DNA from: Truepera sp.
GTDB taxonomy: Bacteria > Deinococcota > Deinococci > Deinococcales > Trueperaceae
Length of the DNA: 64,000 bases
Direction of reading: 5' to 3'
NCBI GenBank assembly: GCA_965218435.1
Contig: CBDCKW010000009.1
Coordinates: forward strand, 640,001 to 704,000
How positions within the stretch are numbered: position 1 is the first letter of the stretch; the number at the start of each line of letters is the position of its first letter. Of the stretch, positions 39,787 to 49,641 are shown piece after piece. The notes under the pieces were generated by a model that did not search any database, had not been told where the DNA came from, and saw only the letters and a list, made by a program, of their open reading frames with translations. The translations under genes were made by a program, and so were the position numbers.

Positions 39787-40904
39787 TAAAATTTGCGGAG
39801 TTTTTCGCTGGAATTGGATTGGTGAGGCTTGGTCTCGAGCAGCGCGGTTGGACTTGTGCCTTCGCTAACGATATAGACCCTCGCAAGGCAGAAATCTACC
39901 GACGCAACTTCGGCGAAGATGACCTAATTGTTAAAGATATTGCTGAGTTAGAAGCGTACCGACTTCCAGAATTCGACGTTGCCACAGCATCTTTTCCATG
40001 TCAAGATTTGTCGCTTGCAGGAAAACGCGAAGGACTTGCGGGTAAACGGAGCGGTACATTTAACGACTTTGTACGAATACTCAGGGACCTCCGCTGGGAT
40101 GGACGCCAACCCCGCGGGGTCATCATCGAAAATGTCATGGGACTGTTGACCTCTCATGAAGGCCGAGATATTAGAACAGTGCTCAGTTCGCTGACATCGC
40201 TAGGATACACGGTTGATTTGCTAGTAGTTGACGCAGCGAGGTTTGTTCCTCAAAGCAGAGTAAGAGTTTTTGTAATAGGTCTTCAGGAAGCTAAGGCGAC
40301 CCAACCGAACGGTGTATTTGCAAAGGTGGCGCTTTCTCATGAACTGAGAGGCGCGAAGATTCGTGAAGTTTTCCTGGAAAACCGAGATATTCGCTGGGGC
40401 TTTTTAGATTTACCTACTCTACCCTCTCGGACCGTGAGGTCACTCGAAGATGTTGTCGAACAAGATATCAACGGTTTTACAGGAGAAAGGCTAGCAAAAG
40501 AGCTATCTTATATACGTGGTGGTAGCCGGTTACGGTTGGCTAAAGCTTTATCTACAGCACAGGTGACGGGAAGCCCAGTTTACTTAGCTGGATTTCGCCG
40601 TATGCGTGGCAACTTGGTTTCCTTAGAACTCCGTGACGACGGTATGGCAGGATGCTTGCGGGCTATAACCGGAGGAAGTAGCAAGCAACTTCTTATTCAG
40701 GCCAGACCAGACGGTTCGGTTGCGGTGCGGTATATGACTGCTCGCGAATATGCGAGACTTCAAGGCGTTCCCGATGACTTTTGGATTCCCGAAAATCAGG
40801 TAGCGGGGCTTCACGCCTTCGGCGACGCTGTTGCTGTGCCGGTTCTCGAGTGGCTCGGTAATATGGTTACTGACGCTTTCGCTGACGAGCTTGTACCGGC
40901 TTAA
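39783..40904 (+). CDS. dcm: C5 cytosine DNA methyltransferase
   Basis: EFFAGIG (I), FPCQDLS (IV), ENV (VI), QSRVRVF (VIII), REYARLQG (IX), GDAV (X). Confidence 0.95.
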   Translation: MIKFAEFFAGIGLVRLGLEQRGWTCAFANDIDPRKAEIYRRNFGEDDLIVKDIAELEAYRLPEFDVATASFPCQDLSLAGKREGLAGKRSGTFNDFVRILRDLRWDGRQPRGVIIENVMGLLTSHEGRDIRTVLSSLTSLGYTVDLLVVDAARFVPQSRVRVFVIGLQEAKATQPNGVFAKVALSHELRGAKIREVFLENRDIRWGFLDLPTLPSRTVRSLEDVVEQDINGFTGERLAKELSYIRGGSRLRLAKALSTAQVTGSPVYLAGFRRMRGNLVSLELRDDGMAGCLRAITGGSSKQLLIQARPDGSVAVRYMTAREYARLQGVPDDFWIPENQVAGLHAFGDAVAVPVLEWLGNMVTDAFADELVPA

Positions 40905-40959
40905 ACCTTGAAACACTGTTGCTCAAAGATTATATCGTACTCTTGCTCAGTTCTCCGTT

Positions 40960-42093
40960 TTAACTGTTTAGCAACGCTCCGGGTAGATGCTCGACAAGAC
41001 TTGGCTCGAGCCCATACTGCCGCGCAACAACCTCAGCACGCCCGATGTCTTCATCACTCAGTTCATGCACACTTTGTTCGCGCAGCGTCCTGCCCGAAAG
41101 CTCCGTACCCGCTTGCGAATCATGCTCAAAAACAGCGAGTACGTCGTTAAGGTTGCTGACTGGAAGGTGGCACGCGGTTGCAACGGCTTGCAGAGTACCT
41201 TCAGGATGCTGAATCAGGTCGTTGTAGGTAAGCGAGTTGCGGATGACGCCGCGTCTATGTAAATCCAAAAACCGTTTGGTAACAGATGTCCAGTGCAGGG
41301 CGATGTCCTCGAGCCGTGTCTTAGGCGGCGTCGGGTCAGCACGCAGTAGCGAGATGTAACGGTCACGCGGGTAGTTAAACATCGTGGGGTTTGACTTGTT
41401 CCGCTGGTAACTCGCCTCTCGGCCTGGGTCGTGAATTTTCGATAATCGCCCCATCGAACGCGTCCAACCTGCGAAGTCACGCACCAGAAAAAGGGCGTGG
41501 GCATCTGGACATGCTTGATGCAACAGGTCTGCCATTTCAATACACTGGCTGCGAAACTTCAAGATCCAGGTATCTTGCTGAGGTATTTTACTGCAGCACA
41601 AAAAGCGTGTGGCGCTTCTGGCGAGTTCTGTCAGCTCTTGGTCGCGGGAGCCGTCAGGCGGGCGCATTCCTGCGATATGCGTGTACGCGTCCGGTTCTGA
41701 AAGCGTCGTAACGTTGCCGAGTTCTCCAAGTGCTTTGCAAAGCAGCGTTGAGCCGCACCGTCCGACGGAGTAAAGCAAAATCAAATGAGCGGGGCCGGGA
41801 AGGGCTCGAGCAAGTTCGTTAAAGGTCTCGTAAGGAACAGTAAATACGCGCTGTGCGTGTTCTTTTTGCGCAAGATAGTAGAACGGAGAGGTCGTCAAAT
41901 CAACTTCGGGTAGCGTTTCTACAAAAACTGCACGGCGCTCAATATCGTTAAAGGCGTACAGAGAAATGTGGGATGCGTTCAGCAGCACCTCAGCAGAAAC
42001 CGAAGCTACTTGGCGAAGCCTAAAGTGGTCGAGCCCCGCTAAGTAGCTCTTTCCTTTTTCTACCCCCTCAACCTCGTAGACCGCTGCGTCCAC
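40960..42093 (-). CDS. Sulfotransferase-like P-loop protein
   Basis: SVGRCGSTLL (5'-PSB), LSEP, LVRD (3'-PB), YNDL. Confidence 0.72.
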   Translation of the reverse strand: MDAAVYEVEGVEKGKSYLAGLDHFRLRQVASVSAEVLLNASHISLYAFNDIERRAVFVETLPEVDLTTSPFYYLAQKEHAQRVFTVPYETFNELARALPGPAHLILLYSVGRCGSTLLCKALGELGNVTTLSEPDAYTHIAGMRPPDGSRDQELTELARSATRFLCCSKIPQQDTWILKFRSQCIEMADLLHQACPDAHALFLVRDFAGWTRSMGRLSKIHDPGREASYQRNKSNPTMFNYPRDRYISLLRADPTPPKTRLEDIALHWTSVTKRFLDLHRRGVIRNSLTYNDLIQHPEGTLQAVATACHLPVSNLNDVLAVFEHDSQAGTELSGRTLREQSVHELSDEDIGRAEVVARQYGLEPSLVEHLPGALLNS

Positions 42094-42096
42094 GGC

Positions 42097-42285
42097 TTAA
42101 CGCTTGACCTTTTCCTTATCCTCCGGCACGTTCTTAAACTCAACGTCTACAGGCTCCTCGAGCCCCTTCTGATACTCCGTCTTCGATTGCCGAAACGCGT
42201 CCATCAGCCGCGCCATCCGTTTGCCGTTAAAAAGCAAAACGATAACAATCCCAATAAGTACAATTTCTCCAAACCCAAGCGTCAC
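42097..42285 (-). CDS. tatA: Twin-arginine translocase TatA/E family subunit
   Basis: LGFGEIVLIGIVIVLLF-NG TM plus amphipathic helix; AGGAGG RBS. Confidence 0.75.
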   Translation of the reverse strand: MTLGFGEIVLIGIVIVLLFNGKRMARLMDAFRQSKTEYQKGLEEPVDVEFKNVPEDKEKVKR

Positions 42286-42301
42286 GTGTGGCCTCCTAGT
42301 G

Positions 42302-42988
42302 TTAGCTCAGGCTACCACTTCGGCGGCTTGAAACCGGGTTGTCGCCCGTTAAACCTAAATGCTCTCTAAGCTCTGCGACTTGCGCTTTAAGCATTTCGAC
42401 TTCATGCCGGAGAGTCTCGAGCGTTCCTGTTTCAGCGGATGCTTCTGATGGCGCAGCCCCTTCTGCCGCTGGCCGCACCCTGGGTTTGAGCCGCTCCGGG
42501 TCGGGGCCGAGCAGGTGCGTCCAGCGCGTTTGACTCTGACCGGGCGCACGGCCCTCGTCACGGGCTAGGGGCGGTTTATAAGCGGCGAGGCGGCGGAGGC
42601 TGGCGTCTACGGCTGATACGTCGGGGAAGGTCGTATAACGTTCTGTGCGGCTCCGCAACTCTCCGGCAGTCTGCGGGCCGCGCAGCATCAACACAGCGAG
42701 GACGGCAAAATCTTGCGCGTTAAGGTCAAATGCTTCACTCAAACGGTGCTGATGTTTGACGACGCGTTCGGTCATGCCCTGCACAGAACCCACCAACCCC
42801 CGGTCGCGGAGGCCCTGTAAGGCCGTTTCAACGTCGCGTTGGCTGTAATCCGTCACCGGGGCGCGGCTGGTCTTTTGGTTGCACGCTAAAACGAGCGCGT
42901 TGACCGAGAGCGGGTAGTTTTCGGGAGTGGTACGCTCTTTTTCTAAAAGCGAACCTAAGATGCGAACGTCGATATCGGACAAACTCAC
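42302..42988 (-). CDS. YceH/DUF480 family protein
   Basis: LLEKERTTPENYPLS, ACNQKTSR, LMLRGPQTAGELRSR. Confidence 0.93.
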   Translation of the reverse strand: MSLSDIDVRILGSLLEKERTTPENYPLSVNALVLACNQKTSRAPVTDYSQRDVETALQGLRDRGLVGSVQGMTERVVKHQHRLSEAFDLNAQDFAVLAVLMLRGPQTAGELRSRTERYTTFPDVSAVDASLRRLAAYKPPLARDEGRAPGQSQTRWTHLLGPDPERLKPRVRPAAEGAAPSEASAETGTLETLRHEVEMLKAQVAELREHLGLTGDNPVSSRRSGSLS

Positions 42989-42997
42989 GCGGAGAGT

Positions 42998-44767
42998 TTA
43001 ACAGATTTGGGTGAGAGCTTGCCGGAGCCAGTGGCAGGCGTCAGCCCAGGTTTGAATATCTGGCGGGTCAGGAAAGATGCAGAGGTCGGTCAAAAGGGTT
43101 TTGGCAGCAAGGGTGAGTGCTGCGCGTTCCGGCTCGGTCAGGGGTGCGTCCAAAGTAAGCTCGAGCCTCCCCGCCTTCGTACTCCCCGGTTCGATGCCCC
43201 CGGCGACGACTAGGAGTTGGGCAGCGATAAAGCCCGGATGTTCGGGCGGAACGTCAACCGTCCAGGCTAGCGGAATACCGTTTTGAAGCAGCGTGAGCTG
43301 AAACTGGCGTAAATGACGGCGGGTTTGAAAGGTCTCGAGGGGCGTACATTCTTTTGCCAAACAGGACGCTGCGAGCGCCCCCGCCGCCTCGCCGACGGCC
43401 CATTCGACCGGGTGTAGCCGGTACGCGCCGTTCGTTAGGTGCGTCGTGCCGAGCGTTTTACCTGCGGCTAGCAAGTTACTCGGATAAAGGGGCAGAAGGC
43501 TGCCGAGTGGAATCTGAAAAGGCCGCGTCGGTTCAAACAGCGCCATGTCCGGGTTGCCGATACAGCGGTGCAGATCAATGGGATACCAGCCGACGCCGAC
43601 CGCATCGTCAAATGGGGCTGCTCTTGCGCCTGACTGACACGCTGCGCTGATGTCCTGCTCTACAATGCGCCGGTGTGCCCGAATACGCCGTCCCTCACGG
43701 ATGTAGGGCGCTTTGCTGAGGCCGCCTGGGGTGTCCATCACGTCAGGGCGCAGTTTGAGTTCGGGGTAGCCCGCACCGTCGTCACCCCTAGGCACTTCGG
43801 TCTGGAGCCAGTAGAGAAAGCCTAGAGCCTGCGCTTTAGCTTCGGTATGTGCCAGCGGGTCGAAGGCGCTACGCCAAAAGTAGTCGTTGCTTGCCCAATT
43901 GATCAGCGCAACGTCGTGCGGCACGTTCAGCAAACTGGCGTCGAGCAGGCGGCGGTAGCTCCAAAAGGGGAGAGCGCCGTCGTCGCCGGGTTCAAACATC
44001 CGAAAGCGTCGCCCGGTTTTACCGTTACCGTTGTCCAACGTCAGCGTATAGAGTCCGGCGTCGCGGAAACGCTCGTAGTCTCCCGGTTTAGGGATAACGT
44101 GCGATTCGCTGGGGCAATACTCGACAGCAAAGCCGTAAGTCATCGCCTGCATTTCGTTCGGGTTAGCCGCTGAGGGCGCGTGGGGTTCGCCGGTGTCGGT
44201 CTGCGCTTCTGCGCCGGTCACAAACGGTGCGCTGCAGAGGGGTAACAGGTCGCCTAAATCGGTGGCGTCGAGAAAATAAGCGGCGGTGACCTCGAGCCCC
44301 GCCCCCTCACGTTGTAGCGTTATTCGCTCAACCCATCCGTCTTTGACTTCAGCCGCAATTGGGGTGTGCTCATACAACACGGTAAGCTGTCCTGACGCCA
44401 AATAAGGCTCGAGCATCTCTCCAATGACTGCGACGCCTACCCTGGGCTCAAAACAGAGGCGGCTGACCCAGCCGTTGCCGGGGTTGAGCGGCAGACCGTC
44501 CGGCATCGTCTGGGGCGTACCGTAAGGCTCGCAGTAGTGCCGCCGCACCCGCGCCCGCAGCGCGTTGTAACGGACGGTGCCGCCGAACCGCTCGATCAGC
44601 GGATGCTCATCGGGGGCGCTGACGCCTTGACTGGTGAGCTGTCCGCCGAGCCAATCGGTCTCTTCACTCAGCACCACGCGTGCGCCGCCCGAAAGCGCAG
44701 CGAGGGCCGCTGCAACGCCGCCCAAGCCGCCGCCGATGATGGCAACGTCGGTCTCTAAGCAGGTTAT
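42998..44767 (-). CDS. FAD-dependent oxidoreductase (start codon appears to be ATA)
   Basis: TDVAIIGGGLGG Rossmann motif lies upstream of the track's TTG start; WLGGQLTSQG, DATDLGD, PYIREGRR. Confidence 0.85.
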   Translation of the reverse strand: MTCLETDVAIIGGGLGGVAAALAALSGGARVVLSEETDWLGGQLTSQGVSAPDEHPLIERFGGTVRYNALRARVRRHYCEPYGTPQTMPDGLPLNPGNGWVSRLCFEPRVGVAVIGEMLEPYLASGQLTVLYEHTPIAAEVKDGWVERITLQREGAGLEVTAAYFLDATDLGDLLPLCSAPFVTGAEAQTDTGEPHAPSAANPNEMQAMTYGFAVEYCPSESHVIPKPGDYERFRDAGLYTLTLDNGNGKTGRRFRMFEPGDDGALPFWSYRRLLDASLLNVPHDVALINWASNDYFWRSAFDPLAHTEAKAQALGFLYWLQTEVPRGDDGAGYPELKLRPDVMDTPGGLSKAPYIREGRRIRAHRRIVEQDISAACQSGARAAPFDDAVGVGWYPIDLHRCIGNPDMALFEPTRPFQIPLGSLLPLYPSNLLAAGKTLGTTHLTNGAYRLHPVEWAVGEAAGALAASCLAKECTPLETFQTRRHLRQFQLTLLQNGIPLAWTVDVPPEHPGFIAAQLLVVAGGIEPGSTKAGRLELTLDAPLTEPERAALTLAAKTLLTDLCIFPDPPDIQTWADACHWLRQALTQIC

Positions 44768-46254
44768 ACGACCTTAAAGGGAAAGCGTCCGGTAAAGAGC
44801 CTCGGCCACGGCAAGGTAGGCGGGTGCCACTCGAGCCCGTACCCCGTTCCCGCATAATGCGCGTCCCACAAGGCCCTAGCACGGGGCTCGAGTAACATGT
44901 TTAACAACACTTCAGCTTCAGCGTGCTGCTCGTCCAAATCAAAGGGGCTTGGATTGCCCAGTAGCTCATAAAGCTCAGCACGCACCGCACCCTGATAGAG
45001 CGCGTCGTCTACCAAGCGGTTGAAACGCAGCTTGGTCCAGCGGGCGTGGTCTTTGACCTTGGCGGCTGCAACCCCCAGAGCGATAGCACTCCCGAGGGTA
45101 TTGCCCGCCGTATTCCAGGCGCTAAAGCCCGCGAGGTGCTCGAGCGGCAAAGCTTGCAACATCTTAAAAAACCGCGCTTCGGCCCCGTTCGGATAGGCGA
45201 TGTCGGCGACTGCAACACGCTTTTCTGCCGCCAACACGCGCCCGATAAAGTCTACAAATTCAGGCAGATGCCGGTCGGCGGTGTCCACAGTCTCAAAGTT
45301 GGGTGCGGGCTCGCTCTGGCTTCGGCCCGGTGTGTTGACCGCCAGGATAAAGGCTGCGTCGGCGGGCGTTTCCACACCGTAGCAGTTGGCGGCGCGGAGC
45401 TGCGCTTTGATGAGTTCACCGGCTGGCCGGTCTTCGTACTTGAGCCCCGCCGCCGCGCCGAGCGCGCCGGAGTAGCGGACAAAAACAGGGGTCGGTTCAG
45501 GACTGATGACGCGGGCCAGCAAGGTAACGGGAACTTCGTCAGCGCCGGGATAGATGTCTACGTTGGGCCAGAGCTCGAGGGCGTCGGTACGAGCTTCCAA
45601 CGCCCGCCGGTTTACCGCGGCCAGACCGTAAGGGCTCGTGTCGTCGAGGGTTAAGCAGAGGTGGTTGACAACGCCTGCGTGGGTGAGGTCCAAAGCGCGT
45701 AAGTGTAGGGCATGATTGCGTTCGCGTGTTGCCAGCCAATCTCTCAGAATATCCGGGGGAACAGCTTCTATAGCCCTCTCGAGTTTTATCTTTAGTCCAG
45801 TGTCAGGACGGCGTGCGTGGCGGTCAAACGCCTCACTGTAACGGCGGAGGTCGGGGCCGTAACGCCCGTAGTAGGGTTTTTCCTCAACCGGATCGTCACC
45901 GTGAGCGATGCGGACGATGACCCCGTGCGCCAAAATGGTGAGTGCCGGAAACCGGGTTTTGAGGCGGGGGAGAAGCTCGAGCCTCGCCGAAGCAGCTTCA
46001 AGCGAATCGTCTACTCGCCGCGCCGGGATCATCCCGCCCAGTGTGAGGGTCTCGAGGCATACGATGAGCATATCGGCGTGTTCGGCGGCGCTTTTCAACC
46101 ACTCGGCGAGAACAGTCAAGTTGCTGGGTTGATTGAGGTAGGGGAGTGCCTCGGCGGGGGGGACAGCCACATCCAGCCCGACGGCCTGTGCCAGGGCAAC
46201 CGGGAAATCAAGCGTCGGTGGCCGGGTGTCGGGCGGGACGAGGAGCAGTTTCAT
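44764..46254 (-). CDS. DUF4127 family protein
   Basis: VPPDTRP, YPGADE, DIAYPNG, SAWNTAGNTLG. Confidence 0.85.
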   Translation of the reverse strand: MKLLLVPPDTRPPTLDFPVALAQAVGLDVAVPPAEALPYLNQPSNLTVLAEWLKSAAEHADMLIVCLETLTLGGMIPARRVDDSLEAASARLELLPRLKTRFPALTILAHGVIVRIAHGDDPVEEKPYYGRYGPDLRRYSEAFDRHARRPDTGLKIKLERAIEAVPPDILRDWLATRERNHALHLRALDLTHAGVVNHLCLTLDDTSPYGLAAVNRRALEARTDALELWPNVDIYPGADEVPVTLLARVISPEPTPVFVRYSGALGAAAGLKYEDRPAGELIKAQLRAANCYGVETPADAAFILAVNTPGRSQSEPAPNFETVDTADRHLPEFVDFIGRVLAAEKRVAVADIAYPNGAEARFFKMLQALPLEHLAGFSAWNTAGNTLGSAIALGVAAAKVKDHARWTKLRFNRLVDDALYQGAVRAELYELLGNPSPFDLDEQHAEAEVLLNMLLEPRARALWDAHYAGTGYGLEWHPPTLPWPRLFTGRFPFKVV

Positions 46255-46255
46255 G

Positions 46256-47086
46256 TTACAGATTACGGTCGGTGACGGCCCTAGCGGTCGCTGCCACTGC
46301 GTCTTGGGCTCCTGGCAAGCGGCCTAACAGCTCGGCAAACAGGGCGTCTAGAATCAGTAGCTGACCCATCTTGCTGACAATCGAGCCGCCGGTCAGCGGC
46401 GACTCGTTGCTTGCGGTATAGAGAACGAGGTCGGCCACCACCGTCGCTGGACTTTTAACCCGTTCGGTAACGAGGAGCGTTGTGACGCCGCAGGTGCGGG
46501 CCAGCTCGAGCACCTTCACGGTATCTAACGTCGAGCCGGAGCGGGTCAGCGCGATCAGGACGGACTCCAGCGGCAGCGTCGCGGTTGCCATCGCCGCGAG
46601 GTGGGCGTCTAAGTAGACGCTGACGGTGTAACCCAGCCGCACGAATTTGTAGGCGTAATCTTGGGCGCTCACGCCCGACGCTCCAGCCCCGTAAATGAGG
46701 AGTGTCCGCACCGCGCTCAGCGCGGCTAACGCAGGCCCGAGTGTCCCGGCGAGCATCGCTGAGGTTTCAGTGATGGCCCGCAGTGCACCTTCGGTCACGT
46801 GCTCGAGCGCCCCTGCGCCCGGATGCACCTCCGAAGCGCGGGCAAGGTCGGCGGCGAGCACCAGCTTAAAGTCTTGAAAGCCCTTAAACCCCAGGTCGCG
46901 GCAGAGCCGGATCACACTCGCTTCACCCACCTCCGCGAGGTCGGCGAGTTCGGTGACCGACTGGTAAATCACCTCTTGCGGCGACGCCAAGACAACCTCG
47001 GCCAGCCGCCGGAGCGCCGGGGTCAGATGCGGCTGCTCGGCGCGGAGACGTGAGAGCGCCCCCGCCCCTTGCAAACTAACGGCCAT
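46256..47086 (-). CDS. RpiR/MurR family transcriptional regulator (HTH + SIS)
   Basis: VGEASVIRLCRDLGFKGFQDFK; YGAGASG; TRSG; start uncertain. Confidence 0.92.
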   Translation of the reverse strand: MAVSLQGAGALSRLRAEQPHLTPALRRLAEVVLASPQEVIYQSVTELADLAEVGEASVIRLCRDLGFKGFQDFKLVLAADLARASEVHPGAGALEHVTEGALRAITETSAMLAGTLGPALAALSAVRTLLIYGAGASGVSAQDYAYKFVRLGYTVSVYLDAHLAAMATATLPLESVLIALTRSGSTLDTVKVLELARTCGVTTLLVTERVKSPATVVADLVLYTASNESPLTGGSIVSKMGQLLILDALFAELLGRLPGAQDAVAATARAVTDRNL

Positions 47087-47102
47087 CGCTAAGTACCCAT
47101 TA

Positions 47103-47771
47103 CTAAGCGTCACGGAGCGCCGCAGCAAACCGGGCGGTCAGCACTTCAGGCCGGGTGATCGCGCCGCCAACCACCACCGCGTGTGCGCCGCGCCGGAGCG
47201 CCTCGGCCGCTTCTGCCGGGGTACGGAGTCGGCCTTCGACGAGGGGGCGGATACCCTGGGCGGCGAGGGCTGAAATCAGCTCGAAATCTGGGCCGTCTTG
47301 CTGGGGGCTCGAGTCCGTATACCCGGAAAGCGTCGTGCTCACGAGGTCGGCCCCGGCTGAAAGGGCGTGCAGCGCGTCGTCTACGGTGGCGACGTCAGCC
47401 AGGGCGACGAGGCCGTGCGCGTGAACCTCGGCGATGAGTTCGGCAACACTTGTAGGCCGCTCACGTGAGGTCGCGTCGAAGGCTATGATGTCCGCGCCAG
47501 CTTCAGCAATGGCGGCCACGTCACGAGGTTCCGGGGTGATATAGACGTGCTCAAAGACGCCGCGCCGCTTGGTCAGGCCGATGATGGGCAGTTCAGTTAC
47601 GAGCCTTACGGCGCGGATGTTGGCGGTGCCCTCGAGCCTCAGCCCCGCCGCGCCTCCTTGAAGGGCCGCTACCGCAAACGCCCGGATAAACTCAGGCGCG
47701 TCAAACGGGCTGGTTTCGTCTGCCTGGCACGAGACGATGAGACCTCCTGCAGGGATTTTGCCTCTACTCAT
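47103..47771 (-). CDS. nanE: N-acetylmannosamine-6-phosphate 2-epimerase
   Basis: LIVSCQA, PIIGLTK, TTLSGYT, VVVGGAITRP. Confidence 0.92.
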   Translation of the reverse strand: MSRGKIPAGGLIVSCQADETSPFDAPEFIRAFAVAALQGGAAGLRLEGTANIRAVRLVTELPIIGLTKRRGVFEHVYITPEPRDVAAIAEAGADIIAFDATSRERPTSVAELIAEVHAHGLVALADVATVDDALHALSAGADLVSTTLSGYTDSSPQQDGPDFELISALAAQGIRPLVEGRLRTPAEAAEALRRGAHAVVVGGAITRPEVLTARFAAALRDA

Positions 47772-48499
47772 CCTTTCACCGACCCGGCCAGACCTTCGAC
47801 AAAGTAGCGTTGCAAGATCAAAAAGATCAAGATCAAGATCACCGGAATCATCGAAATCACGGTTGCCGCCGCAATGTTGCCGAAGTCGAGCGCCAGCTCG
47901 CCGACTGTCAGGCGGGCAATCGCCACCAAGAGCGGAAACTTGTTCGGGTCACTTAAGATAATGAGCGGCCACTGATAGAGGTTCCACATCGCCACGAACT
48001 GCAAGATCGTTACGGTGAGTAAGGCGGGTCGGACGAGCGGCAGCATGATGCGCCACCAGATCACCCACTCGTTCGCCCCGTCAATCCGCCCGGCGTCCTC
48101 TAACTCGCGCGGGATTGAAATAAACGCCTGCCGCAACAAAAACACGTTAAAGACTGTGATCGCGTTCGGCAAGATGACCCCGATGACGGTATCGGCTAGA
48201 CCGAGCCGCACGGTGGTCAGATAGTTGACGACAATGGTGAGCGTTTCAGGCAAGACGAGCGTGGCGATAATCAGAAAAAACACGATATCGCGGCCCGGAA
48301 ACCGGATGCGGGCGAGCGCGTACCCTGAAGTCGAAGACATTGCCAGGTTAGCGAACACGCCCCAAAAGGTAATCAGCAAGGTGTTCCACAAGTACCGGGG
48401 CATATTTTGCGCCGTCCACACGTCAACGTACGAGTCAAAGCTAACCGGGTTGGGGAGGAGCGTCGGCGGAGACGACAAGATATTTTGCCCACTTTTTAA
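47768..48499 (-). pseudogene. Carbohydrate ABC permease (MalG-type), N-terminally truncated
   Basis: EAA loop IPRELEDAGRIDGA; frame begins at LKSGQNILSSPP with no first TM helix or start, abutting the SBP stop. Confidence 0.75.
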
Positions 48500-49641
48500 C
48501 CGAGCATCGCAGCGGCAAACTGCTCGCGGATCAGGTCACGGAGGTCTTCACGGACATGATTGTCAAAGCCGCGGTCAATAGATTTGGACTGAATACAGCG
48601 TGCTTGACCCTCTAAAGACTCCTGATCGCTACAAAAGAAGGGGTCGGCGGCCGCCTCTTTGGTCGAGGGAAAGATCGAGACGAGTTTGGCGAACGCCAGC
48701 TGATTGGCGTCGTTGGTCATAAAGTTAGCGAGTTCGATAGCCAGGTCAACGTTGTCGCTCGCGGCAGGGACGACCATATTTTGAATTGCGTTGGGGATGA
48801 TGCCCGTGGCGGTCTGCGGGTAGGGCGCGATGCCCAAATTCGCATAAACGTCGGGGCCATCCGACTCGACGGTGCGGATAAACTGTGGCCCGGTTACGAG
48901 CATCGCGGACTGTCCACCAGCGAAGTTGCGAATCGCCGCTTCGTAATCGAATGAGGCTGCCTCACGGCTCACCGCGCGGCTTTCCACGGCGTCCACGTAA
49001 ACTTGCAGGGCGGCGACCCCTTCGGGCGTGTTAAAGGCGGGCGCGGTGCCGTCTTCGTTTAAGATACTGACGCCGTTTTGGACGAGCCAATCTTCGGGAA
49101 AGGGCAGCGGCGCGATGCCTTCTAACAAGGTCGCTTCGCGGATGGTGCGGGCGTCGTCAATGGCTTCAGTGTAGATCGCCGGGGGCGCACTTGGGTCAAG
49201 CTTAGCTTGTTCAAACAACGCTTTGTTATACATCAGTACGGTCGGCGCTTGATACCACGGGAACGCGTAGACGTTGCCGCCGACGCTGCTCGACTCGAGC
49301 AGATTGTCAAAGTAGATGCTGAGCTGCTCACTTGAAGCTTGCTCGCTCAAGTTTACCAGCGCACCCTGCGCCTGCGCTTGCAACATCCGGGAGGTGTTTA
49401 AGTTCACCACGTCGGGCGCGGTGCCAGCGGCAATCGAGGCAAAAAAACGGTCGGGGAAACCGCCGTCGGGCAGGTCAATCCAGTTGACCGTGACGCCGTC
49501 GTGCTCGGCTTCAAAGTCGGCGATGACGCCGTTGATGTAATCGTCAAAGGTCGGGGACAACGCGAGGGTCCACATCTCGAGGGTTTGTGCTGAGGCTAAC
49601 CCTGCGCTCAGCAGCGCCAAAACCAGCAGTATACGTTTTAT
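48496..49641 (-). CDS. Sugar ABC transporter substrate-binding protein (ATA start; C-terminus probably truncated)
   Basis: AGGAGG-CGT-ATA-AAA-CGT-ATA-CTG gives signal peptide (M)KRILLVLALLSAGLASAQ; PDVVNLN, FPWY. Confidence 0.82.
   Translation of the reverse strand: MKRILLVLALLSAGLASAQTLEMWTLALSPTFDDYINGVIADFEAEHDGVTVNWIDLPDGGFPDRFFASIAAGTAPDVVNLNTSRMLQAQAQGALVNLSEQASSEQLSIYFDNLLESSSVGGNVYAFPWYQAPTVLMYNKALFEQAKLDPSAPPAIYTEAIDDARTIREATLLEGIAPLPFPEDWLVQNGVSILNEDGTAPAFNTPEGVAALQVYVDAVESRAVSREAASFDYEAAIRNFAGGQSAMLVTGPQFIRTVESDGPDVYANLGIAPYPQTATGIIPNAIQNMVVPAASDNVDLAIELANFMTNDANQLAFAKLVSIFPSTKEAAADPFFCSDQESLEGQARCIQSKSIDRGFDNHVREDLRDLIREQFAAAMLG

Noticed and set aside
39783..40904. Assigning CTCGAG as the target of this C5 MTase
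   Set aside because: Specificity cannot be read from the sequence; XhoI/PaeR7I-type CTCGAG methylases are adenine-specific, so the link is unsupported
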